From NCBI GenBank assembly GCA_002269645.1, contig NIVC01000421.1:1-64000 (forward strand): a stretch of DNA of 64,000 nucleotides, given 5' to 3'. This document shows positions 1 through 10,965 of this stretch, in pieces; position 1 is the first letter of the stretch; each line of letters begins with the position of its first letter. Both the position numbers and the translations under genes were made by a program. The notes under the pieces were generated by a model. It had not been told where the DNA came from. It did not search any database and saw nothing but the letters and a program-made list of their open reading frames with translations. The DNA comes from Macrostomum lignano. Lineage: Eukaryota.

Positions 1-3000
1 TCACAATTGCCAAGCTGTATTAGAAGACTCAGATATGAGATTCTACAGATCATTAGAGCGTGTCAGTCCCTATCTTCCCCAGAAAGAATCGTGTCTCTAG
101 CTTAATCTGCTTTCCAGATATTCATCAAAACGGCGAATTCCAGAAAATTGCAATGATTCAAATGGTGAAATTCAGCGAAAATCAATCAGCAATTGCCAAG
201 CTGTATTAGAAGACTCAATATGAGATTCTACAGATCATTAGAGCGTGTCAGTCCCTATCTTCCCAGAAAGAATCGTGTCTCTAGCTTAATCTGCTTTCCA
301 GATATTCGAAGGCGGAGATTCCGGAAATTTCTATGTATTTAAATAAGGGAAATCAGGAAAATCAATCACAAATTGCCAAGCTGTATTAGAAGACTCAAAT
401 ATGAGATTCTACAGATCATTAGAGCGTGTCAGTCCCTGTCTTCCCCAGAAAGAATCGTGTCTCTAGCTTAATCTGCTTTCCAGATATTCATCAAAAATGG
501 CGATTCCAGAAAATTGCAATGCATTCAAATGGTGAAATTCGCGAAAATCAATCAGCAATTGCCAAGCTGTATTAGAAGACTCAGATATGAGATTCTACAG
601 ATCATTAGAGCGTGTCAGTCCCTATCTTCCCTAGAAAGAATCGTGTCTCTAGCTTAATCTGCTTTCCAGATATTCGAAGGCGGAGATTCCGGAAAATTTC
701 TATATTTAATGGGAAATCCAGGAAATCAATCACAAATTGCCAAGCTGTATTAGAAGACTCAGATATGAGATTCTACAGATCATTAGAGCGTGTCAGTCCC
801 TATCTTCCCAGAAAGAATCGTGTCTCTAGCTTAATCTGCTTTCCAGATTCATTCAAAAATGGCGATTCCAGAAAATTGCAATGCATTCAAATGGTGAAAT
901 TCGCGAAAATCAATCAGCAATTGCCAAGCTGTATTAGAAGACTCAGATATGAGATTCTACAGATCATTAGAGCGTGTCAGTCCCTGTCTTCCCCAGAAAG
1001 AATCGTGTCTCTAGCTTAATCTGCTTCCAGATATTCATTCAAAAACGGCGATTCCAGAAAATTGCAATGCATTCAAATGGTGAAATTCGCGAAAATCAAT
1101 CATCAGCAATTGCCAAGCTGTATTAGAAGACTCAGATATGAGATTCTACAGATCATTAGAGCGTGTCAGTCCCTATCTTCCCTAGAAAGAATCGTGTCTC
1201 TAGCTTAATCTGCTTTCCAGATATTCATTCGAAGGCGAGATTCCGGAAAATTTCTATGTATTTAAATAAGGGAAATCCAGGAAAATCAATCAGCAATTGC
1301 CAAGCTGTATTAGAAGACTCAGATATGAGATTCTACAGATCATTAGAGCGTGTCAGTCCCTGTCTTCCCCAGAAAGAATCGTGTCTCTAGCTTAATCTGC
1401 TTCCAGATATTATTCAAAAATGGCGATTCCAGAAAATTGCATGCATTTAAATGGTGAAATCGCGAAAATCAATCAGCAATTGCCAAGCTGTATTAGAAGA
1501 CTCAGATATGAGATTCTACAGATCATTAGAGCGTGTCAGTCCCTGTCTTCCCCAGAAAGAATCGTGTCTCTAGCTTAATCTGCTTTCCAGATATTCATTA
1601 AGGCGGAGATTCCAGAAAATTTCTATGCATTAAATGGGTCCAGGAAAATCAATCAGCAATTGCCAAGCTGTATTAGAAGACTCAGATATGAGATTCTACA
1701 GATCATTAGAGCGTGTCAGTCCCTGTTTCCCAGAAAGAATCGTGTCTCTAGCTTAATCTGCTTTCCAGATATTCATTCGAAGGAGATTCCGGAAAATTTC
1801 ATGTATTTAAATGGGAAATCAGGAAAATCAATCACAATTGCCAAGCTGTATTAGAAGACTCAGATATGAGATTCTACAGATCATTAGAGCGTGTCAGTCC
1901 CTGTCTTCCCAGAAAGAATCGTGTCTCTAGCTTAATCTGCTTCCAGATCATTGAAGGCGGAGATTCCGGAAAATTTCTATGTATTTAAATAAGGGAAATC
2001 CAGGAAAATCAATCAGCAATTGCCAAGCTGTATTAGAAGACTCAATATGAGATTCTACAGATCATTAGAGCGTGTCAGTCCCTCTTCCCAGAAAGAATCG
2101 TGTCTCTAGCTTAATCTGCTTTCCAGATATTCATTCAAAATGGCGATTCCAGAAAATTGCAATGCATTCAAATAAGTGAAATTCGCGAAAATCAATCAGC
2201 AATTGCCAAGCTGTATTAGAAGACTCAGATATGAGATTCTACAGATCATAGAGCGTGTCAGTCCCTTCCCCATCAGTCTTCTCTAGCTGCTTTCCAGATA
2301 TTCGAAGGCGGAGATTCCGGAAAATTTCTATGTATTTAAATAAGGGAAATCCAGGAAAATCAATCAGCAATTGCCAAGCTGTATTAGAAGACTCAGATAT
2401 GAGATTCTACAGATCATTAGAGCGTGTCAGTCCCTGTCTTCCCAGAAAGAATCGTGTCTCTAGCTTAATCTGCTTTCCAGATATTCGAAGGCGGAGATTC
2501 CGGAAAATTTCTATGTATTTAAATAAGGGAAATTCCAGGAAAATCAATCAGCAATTGCCAAGCTGTATTAGAAGACTCAGATATGAGATTCTACAGATCA
2601 TTAGAGCGTGTCAGTCCCTGTCTTCCCCAGAAAGAATCGTGTCTCTAGCTTAATCTGCTTTCCAGATATTCATTAAAATGGCGATTCCAGAAAATTGCAA
2701 TGCATTCAAATGGTGAAATTCGCGAAAATCAATCAGCAATTGCCAAGCTGTATTAGAAGACTCAATATGAGATTCTACAGATCATTAGAGCGTGTCAGTC
2801 CCTGTCTTCCCAGAAAGAATCGTGTCTCTAGCTTAATCTGCTTTCCAGATATTCGAAGGCGGAGATTCCGGAAAATTTCTATGTATTTAAATAAGGGAAA
2901 TCCAGGAAAATCAATCAGCAATTGCCAAGCTGTATTAGAAGACTCAGATATGAGATTCTACAGATCATTAGAGCGTGTCAGTCCCTGTCTTCCCAGAAAG

Positions 3001-4980
3001 AATCGTGTCTCTAGCTTAATCTGCTTTCCAGATATTTCGAAGGCGATTCCGAAAATTTCTGCAATGCATTAAATGGGAAATCCAGGAAAATCAATCACAA
3101 TTGCCAAGCTGTATTAGAAGACTCAGATATGAGATTCTACAGATCATTAGAGCGTGTCAGTCCCTGTCTTCCCAGAAAGAATCGTGTCTCTAGCTTAATC
3201 TGCTTCCAGATATTCGAAGGCGGAGATTCCAGAAAATTGCAATGCATTCAAATGGTGAAATTCGCGAAAATCAATCAGCAATTGCCAAGCTGTATTAGAA
3301 GACTCAGATATGAGATTCTACAGATCATTAGAGCGTGTCAGTCCCTATCTTCCCTAGAAAGAATCATGTCTCTAGCTTAATCTGCTTTCCAGATATTCGA
3401 AGGCGGAGATTCCGGAAAATTTCTATGTATTTAAATAAGGGAAATCCAGGAAAATCAATCACAATTGCCAAGCTGTATTAGAAGACTCAGATATGAGATT
3501 CTACAGATCATTAGAGCGTGTCAGTCCCTGTCTTCCCAGAAAGAATCGTGTCTCTAGCTTAATCTGCTTTCCAGATATTCATTCAAAAAGGCGATTCCAG
3601 AAAATTGCAATGCATTCAAATGGTGAAATTCGCGAAAATCAATCAGCAATTGCCAAGCTGTATTAGAAGACTCAGATATGAGATTCTACAGATCATTAGA
3701 GCGTGTCAGTCCCTGTCTTTCCAGAAAGAATCGTGTCTCTAGCTTAATCTGCTTTCCAGATATTCGAAGGCGGAGATTCCGGAAAATTTCTATGTATTTA
3801 AATAAGGGAAATCCAGGAAAATCAATCACAAATTGCCAAGCTGTATTAGAAGACTCAGATATGAGATTCTACAGATCATTAGAGCGTGTCAGTCCCTGTC
3901 TTCCCAGAAAGAATCGTCTCTAGCTTAATCTGCTTTCCAGATATTCGAAGGCGGAGATTCCGGAAAATTTCAATGTATTTAAATAAGGGAAATCCAGGAA
4001 AATCAATCAGCAATTGCCAAGCTGTATTAGAAGACTCAGATATGAGATTCTACAGATCATTAGAGCGTGTCAGTCCCTGTCTTCCCTAGAAAGAATCGTG
4101 TCTCTAGCTTAATCTGCTTTCCAGATATTCGAAGGCGAGATTCCGGAAAATTTCATGTATTTAAATAAGGGAAATCCAGGAAAATCAATCACAAATTGCC
4201 AAGCTGTATTAGAAGACTCAGATATGAGATTCTACAGATCATTAGAGCGTGTCAGTCCCTGTCTTCCCCAGAAAGAATCGTGTCTCTAGCTTAATCTGCT
4301 TCCAGATATTCATCAAAAACGGCGATTCCAGAAAATTGCAATGCATTCAAATGGTGAAATTCGCGAAAATCAATCAGCAATTGCCAAGCTGTATTAGAAG
4401 ACTCAGATATGAGATTCTACAGATCATTAGAGCGTGTCAGTCCCTATCTTCCCTAGAAAGAATCATGTCTCTAGCTTAATCTGCTTTCCAGATATTCGAA
4501 GGCGGAGATTCCGGAAAATTTCTATGTATTTAAATAAGGGAAATCCAGGAAAATCAATCACAAATTGCCAAGCTGTATTAGAAGACTCAGATATGAGATT
4601 CTACAGATCATTAGAGCGTGTCAGTCCCTGTCTTCCCCAGAAAGAATCGTGTCTCTAGCTTAATCTGCTTTCCAGATATTCACTCAAAAACGGCGATTCC
4701 AGAAAATTGCAATGCATTCAAATGGTGAAATTCGCGAAAATCAATCAGCAATTGCCAAGCTGTATTAGAAGACTCAAATATGAGATTCTACAGATCATTA
4801 GAGCGTGTCAGTCCCTATCTTCCCTAGAAAGAATCGTGTCTCTAGCTTAATCTGCTTTCTAGATATTCCAAGGCGGCGATTCCGGAAAATTTTCTATGCA
4901 TTAAAATACGGGAAATCCAGGATAATCAATCAGCAATTGCCAAGCTGTTTTACTAGAGTCAAATATGAAATTCTACAGAT
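1..4980 (+). repeat. Satellite DNA array, ~183-bp monomer, ~27 copies visible (truncated at window start)
   Basis: A conserved ~115-bp core (ATTGCCAAGCTGTATTAGAAGACTCAGATATGAGATTCTACAGATCATTAGAGCGTGTCAGTCCC...CCAGATATT) recurs every ~180-185 bp. It is followed by one of two ~65-bp variants (A: CGAAGGCGGAGATTCCGG...; B: CATTCAAAAATGGCGATTCCAG...). The ORFs in this interval are repeat artefacts. Confidence 0.97.
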
Positions 4981-5043
4981 GACACCGACTGATACGCTCT
5001 AGTGATCTGTAGAATTTCATGTTTAAGTCTACTAATACAGCTT
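4981..5043 (-). repeat. Inverted partial satellite monomer at the array junction
   Basis: GACACCGACTGATACGCTCTAGTGATCTGTAGAATTTCATGTTTAAGTCTACTAATACAGCTT is the reverse complement of the satellite core, with several substitutions. Confidence 0.9.
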
Positions 5044-7030
5044 CCTTGACCAGGAGAAAGCAGTTTCCTGGACCCAGGGGACCAGGCACAGGAAAAGCAA
5101 TGCTGAGTTTGCTAAAGACAGGGGGCCAAATGCAGATGCTTCACAGATCGCAGACCCACATCTGGCCGCTCTGGAGACAACCGAACCTCTTTGTTCTTAT
5201 TCTTCGAGTCACAGACCAAATCTCGAGGCTTGCCGGGACGAAAAATCAACACAGAAGGTTCTTCCCCCGATATGTATGACTGAGGCCGCAAAAAGTATAG
5301 CATTGGTCCAACAGAGCCGTATCTGTTGGACATATGCTCTGTCCAAGAAAGAGACCCGCTCTGTATCGATCGAGCGGTGAGATAAACCATTTTTATGGTC
5401 CTAGAGGCTTTTTTACTTCACTTTACCTGTCTATATTGTATATGTTTGGAAATGGGCATGAGGATACCCACGGCATTCGGAACCCTTTATCTCTTTTGCT
5501 TCTTCCATTTAGAAGCAAAAATCTAATTTATTAGCCTCTCGAGCTTCTCCTTCCGACATCTTTTTTGCCACGCCACCAGGTTCCTACTGTCTCGTCCGAT
5601 ACTCCCCCGATAAGAAAAAAGTTTTTTTTCCAGCCTCTTTGTTTGATCCAGGCACGATCCATGGACTCCTAGATTCTACTGGACTGAAAGCGAAATTGCC
5701 GCCTGTACAAGATGAGGGCATTCTTTCTTCCCCCAGCCAGTCCGTTCCTCAGCCACCAAAAGAATCAATCATGGAAAATAAGTTTTGAGCGCAAGACAGA
5801 ATCTCATTTATTGATGACATGCCAATGCCAATAACTACTATTTCAGAATTCGGCACTGTTTATTTATGCAGGATTGGCAATTTAAAATAATCAGCAAACA
5901 GTTGGTGAAAAAATGCAGATAAATAACGTTTTAGAGTCACTAAATTATAGTGCAATCGAGGAGAAAAGGCAACAGTTATCCTTATTCAAACCACTTGTCA
6001 ATGTACAACCCCACAGTCTGTGTCACTGTCTTTTCATGCACTTGCTCACTTTGGCTTCAGGCTGGAACGCGATATGTACGCGTTTGCTTGTTTGGGATGC
6101 CGTGAGGGAAAGAGTGTTGCGGAGAAGGGCCCCCACTCCTCTCTTCCTCAGAAAGGAACTTTGCCCCATGTTGTACAGAAAAAAATAATGTATTTTCCGT
6201 TTCCTGTCCGGGTGCTTATATATAGTCGTCCATGCATGATCAGGGTTCTCAGACCATGAATAGAATGGGTTTCCACGATTTTTGTTAGCTATGCAGCTAA
6301 ACAGATATAAATCTTGGTTTTGATACATTAGGAAGGCCTTCAACAAAGCAGAACCAAGAAAGCAAGGCAGAACAAAAAACGGACTTATAGCTAGCGTTCT
6401 CGAGGTTTCAGTCTCTTTGTGTATCGATGATGCCAGTTCACAGTCGCATAAGCTAGTAGTTTTTTCGGCAAATGCATTCGGGGCGGAGTCGAGAAATCAA
6501 AGCAGCTGATTGATGATTCCAAAACAGCTGTGGGAAACGATATACGTTTCAATTAATACCAATATACAATCTAGAAATCTTGACATAAACTTTAGGCTAT
6601 ATACGAGTCGAGCTAATAACAAATCCGTTTGAATCTAATCACTGTCGCCCGTTAGAGGCACAACGCAGAAACGAATTTCTGCTTCAGTTGCTTCGGTTCG
6701 GTATCCCGATTTTTTAAGGCCAAATCCATGCAAATCGTGGCACACCACTCTTAAGGGGAAGAGGGGAGAAGCAGAGCTAGGAAATCTTTGTTTGGTTTGC
6801 TTTGTTCTTTCGTATAGAGCTTTGGTATATATTGGCTTAATTATATACATGTATACCGTATCACAAGTTACGAAAAATAAATGGTATCAGATATTTCAAA
6901 CAGACTCAGAATAACAAGCAGTTGCATTCGCCGTTTCTTAACATCTGTACAAAAACTGCGAAAGCATAAGCGCCCTTCAAAAATCTCGAAGTCGAAAGCT
7001 GATTGAGATAGAGACATTCTTTTTGTGGGT

Positions 7031-7081
7031 GACACCGACTGGCACGCTCTAATAATCGGTTAGAATCTCATATCTGAGTCT
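7031..7081 (-). repeat. Isolated inverted partial satellite monomer
   Basis: GACACCGACTGGCACGCTCTAATAATCGGTTAGAATCTCATATCTGAGTCT matches the reverse complement of the satellite core at about 44 of 51 positions. Confidence 0.85.
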
Positions 7082-8082
7082 CCATTAAAGTTATCTATGT
7101 CCTAACATGTATATACTAAAAACTATAATCTGACAATAATAAAGCAACACAAGTATTAGGTTCCTCATTTTCAAATATAGGTACATGTATATTGATTGCA
7201 AGGAATTGAAAGCAAGACTCAGTTTATTTTACCAGCTAATTCTTACAAAAATGCTCACACAGGATGAATAGAAAAGGCATTTCTTGGAAAATTACTTGAC
7301 CTGGGTGCACAAGTTTACGAGTCATTGAGAAATTTGCCTTTAGATAAAAGCTGCAATACTCTTTACTGAGAATTCGAATACTCAAATGACAAGCCTGCCA
7401 AGCATTGAACTTGAAGATTAACTCTAAAGTAATATTTAGCTTGACACTTAGTAACGCACTCATTTGAATATTTAGCATTCGGATGTAAACATACTGCACA
7501 AGGTCTGCACAAATTTGAAGGCTTTGGGGCCTTAGCTTAGTAATTTTTTGGGAGCAGTGAGAATAATCTCAACTATATAGTTGAAGAATCGATCGCGAAA
7601 AGGGGTTCATAACAATATGGCTTGATTAATAAAGCGGTCTAAAACGCAATTCATACGAGTATTTACGCAACCCTTAGTGCTTACTTTGTTCAGTGACTGT
7701 GATTCCCCTTTGTTAGCTTCCCTTAGGAAATGCAATAAAGAAAGGAGACAGAGAGGTCTCGGATTTTACACAAGCCATATTAAGGACACGGAAACACCAG
7801 GTGTTCTAGGGTAGCGTTTTCGCAAACTATTCTCGAACCAGCCTCGAATTCCTGGAAATCTAGCATAGAATTAGAATACGAGGCTTAAAAATAAAGTCTC
7901 GATAGCTAGTTTGATGCCTCAACAAGAGCTAGTTCCATGGATTTTTCATAGTGGGATATCGTAGAAACCAGCACGACTTGTGTTGTGGCTGGCTCACAAC
8001 ACAAGCACAGGTTAACAAGAATATACACAGTAAGTCGCAAAGGTAATAAAATATTAATGGGGAGCAAGGGAACAACACAAGT

Positions 8083-8200
8083 ATATATATACACACAAAC
8101 ACACACACACATATATATATGTTTTATATATATATATGTACATATATATACACACACATATATATATATATATAATATATATATATGTGTGTGTTTGTGT
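8083..8200. repeat. Compound (TA)n/(CA)n/(TG)n microsatellite, quasi-palindromic
   Basis: Direct reading. The left arm ACACAAACACACACAC(AT)n is mirrored by the right arm (AT)nGTGTGTGTTTGTGT. Confidence 0.9.
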
Positions 8201-8652
8201 TACACTGACAGTGACACAGACTTCTACAAATGATCGAGATGGGGGTTTAAAAATAACATTCATACATACTGTACATACAGACGACTCATTTTGGTATATA
8301 GGATAGGAAGTGAAGGCTTTCACAAGACTCCATGAAAACTTATGGCTCTACTTATTATCAGCCCTCTCCAGTCTTTATGGAATTCCAGCTGTTCTAGCTG
8401 CTTTATGGAATCACAGCTTTACTTCATCTTCTCTGGGACACAGCGCAGGACGAATCGGAAGATGTCGATGACGCTATCGATCCTGTTAACATAATTATTT
8501 TAGAAATGAAAGTCGATAATTGAATCTAATTAAATAATTAAATAATAATTTAGAACTTTTTTAATTTACTGACAGGTGTTTATTTAAATTGATTGATAAA
8601 ACACAGACACAAGTAAGTAGAAAGGCCAATGAACTATATTTACCTGAGAAAT

Positions 8653-10614
8653 CTATTCATCGTGCCCTGCTAGTGGAATTACATAGAATGAGTCCACTGT
8701 CTCGCCCTCAGCTGCTGCCGAAGTCGCATGGGGTAGGAGCCAACATTTGCGGCTTGGTTGTCCAGTCGTGATCTCGGATGTCAGGTGATATACACCAATT
8801 CCAAGAAGCAGCGAAGGGAATGGATACGTATAGAGGCTTTCAGTAGGCCGCAGAATTCTACCTGACACTTTGCCGTTAATAGTCACGTGTTGAATTAGCA
8901 CACACTGCGAACCAACGAAGCAGCAGTTGTCACCCTTCTTTGTGCTGTACTTTAAGGGCGGGAGACAATGATCCTTCAAATTCAAATTTCGAACTTTGAG
9001 CGCTTGAACAACAGCATGTGCAGCTGGATGCCTGGTGACTTTAATTTTCCTCTTTATGGAACCAAGATAGTTCTCAAAGGGAAAAGTCGAAAAGTTGTTC
9101 AGATTACCAAATTTCCTTACAAAGTAGTCGAAATGAAGCAGAGCGTGAATGTTGTAGCTGATAGCTTTTTTGCCAAACATTTTGGACAATTGCTCTACAA
9201 AGACTTCGATACAACTTTTTGCTTGAGACCAAAGTTCAGAGTACTTCTCGGATGAGTAGCAGAACACGGCAAAGTGCAAAAGTAAGAAGTTTTTGTAAAG
9301 TTTTTCTGGTATGTATCTCTTAAAAAGTACAGGACCCAGATACAAAACATACTGTCTGAATTCAGTTGCCTTCAGAAATGACAAGCACTTGTCAATGCGC
9401 CGTGGCCTTCTTTGAAAGTTGCTTGGAGTCCAGCAGGCAATTTCATCAATGTAGTCCGACAGATGTTTAACTGTTTTCCTAGAATGTTTGCAGCCTCCTT
9501 TTCCAAAATAAAAGTTCATAATTTTTCTCACGGCTCCAAGACAGATTGCATGCTGAAAATCGAGTGGGAACCAGTTCGCGAAGTCCATATTCGGCAAGTG
9601 CAGCAGCGGTGACAATATTTTAGATTCAGCTTGATTGCTTTCACCTCCTTCGCGATATATCTGTCCACAACGACTCTCGGCGATGGTTGTTGAAAAGACA
9701 ACTCTGTTGTCGTCACGTGAACCCACGGCTCTACAGTATTGACAACCAACGTAAGATGTGTGACCGGATGTGCACATTAGGAAGTTGCGCGCAGGGGTGT
9801 CGCATATAAAGTAAATAGCGGAGAGCATGATGCTTATCTCATCGGAGATTTTAACGGGTTCAGATAAGAACATCGTCGCCTCCGCGCAGAATTCTTGCAA
9901 ATATTCTTTTAATGGTGGCTTGCCTATACCAGCCCAAATTGCCACCGGAAATGGCTTAGCGAATGCTTTTGGAATTGTCATTAATAATGGCCACAAGCCA
10001 AATTGACTCGCACGGAAAAGAGGACATCCGTCACTATTCAGGTGGGCCTCAAATGTGTACACTTTTGTTGAACCACTTGATTTCTGCAGATTTTCAGGCG
10101 CAAGTTGCAGTAACCCATGACGAGTTAATAGTTGGAGATTATTGAGTATTGAGATGTACTTAAAATGTCCATCCCCCATGGCCAGTAATTCCCCTACAGG
10201 AAATTCTTTCTTCAGAAGCCGTTCCAGTCGGAAAACAGATTTTGGAGCAGGAATGCCGATTTCTCGAAGTCCGGCGAGAAGGAAAGCCATGGCGCTGCGA
10301 GAAATATTGTACGTTGAGAGAAATAGAAGAAGCAATGCTTCTAGCTTTACTTCTAAAGGCCGATTATCTTCCTCTCTCTCCTCTTCTTCGGTGTCATCTT
10401 CGGAGATGTCGTCTGCATCACGATTCCACTCCATCTCATCAAAGTCAACATTACTTAACTCTTCCTGGTCACCTTCATCGACGTCCATCCGTTGTTCTTC
10501 CGCTCCGCTTGATGCCTCTGTGGTGACCTTGTCCTGCTCTCTCTTTTCTTTATCAACAAATGAAGATAGCAAGTGCTTTGTTGCAAGTCGTTGCAAATTT
10601 TTCTTGGAAGACAT
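8653..10614 (-). CDS. CACTA/EnSpm (CMC superfamily) DDE transposase, 653 aa
   Basis: Uninterrupted ORF with the ordered animal EnSpm motifs NSDGCPLF..LWP, CDTPAR, GH..Y.GCQYC, PLDFQHAICLG, KATEFR..LYLGP, YNIHALLH and FPFENYLG. Confidence 0.9.
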   Translation of the reverse strand: MSSKKNLQRLATKHLLSSFVDKEKREQDKVTTEASSGAEEQRMDVDEGDQEELSNVDFDEMEWNRDADDISEDDTEEEEREEDNRPLEVKLEALLLLFLSTYNISRSAMAFLLAGLREIGIPAPKSVFRLERLLKKEFPVGELLAMGDGHFKYISILNNLQLLTRHGLLQLAPENLQKSSGSTKVYTFEAHLNSDGCPLFRASQFGLWPLLMTIPKAFAKPFPVAIWAGIGKPPLKEYLQEFCAEATMFLSEPVKISDEISIMLSAIYFICDTPARNFLMCTSGHTSYVGCQYCRAVGSRDDNRVVFSTTIAESRCGQIYREGGESNQAESKILSPLLHLPNMDFANWFPLDFQHAICLGAVRKIMNFYFGKGGCKHSRKTVKHLSDYIDEIACWTPSNFQRRPRRIDKCLSFLKATEFRQYVLYLGPVLFKRYIPEKLYKNFLLLHFAVFCYSSEKYSELWSQAKSCIEVFVEQLSKMFGKKAISYNIHALLHFDYFVRKFGNLNNFSTFPFENYLGSIKRKIKVTRHPAAHAVVQALKVRNLNLKDHCLPPLKYSTKKGDNCCFVGSQCVLIQHVTINGKVSGRILRPTESLYTYPFPSLLLGIGVYHLTSEITTGQPSRKCWLLPHATSAAAEGETVDSFYVIPLAGHDE

Positions 10615-10965
10615 TTTGTTTGAAAGATGCTTTTACCTGTAGTAGATTATTAATTGTATGTAGGTAAATCAGGTAAAAAGATGGGTAGGAAAGGTTAAGA
10701 TAGGTTATGGTAAGTCGAATGCGATTATGTGTTGAAGATACATGATATTTGGTAAGACCCAATAGAAATTGGTTCCTGAGTTTATCAATGCTCGGAACCA
10801 ATGAGATCGCCCTGTGCCAACCTCTCGAAGCTGAAGCCTTGCTTAAATTTTCTCAAATGAGCTTTTTTCACTTTGCATCAGATCAAATTAGCTAGATGTA
10901 AGAATTCTCATCGAATTCATAAAATATCTATCCATCTATAGCATATAAAAACTATTTTTGTTATC

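Noticed and set aside
612-4802. Many short ORFs in the satellite
   Set aside because: They are translations of the tandem repeat with frames changing at indels, and show no protein features.
1-4980. CRISPR-like array (constant repeat plus variable segment)
   Set aside because: The repeat is ~115 bp, the variable part has only two recurring types rather than unique spacers, there are no cas genes and the context is eukaryotic.
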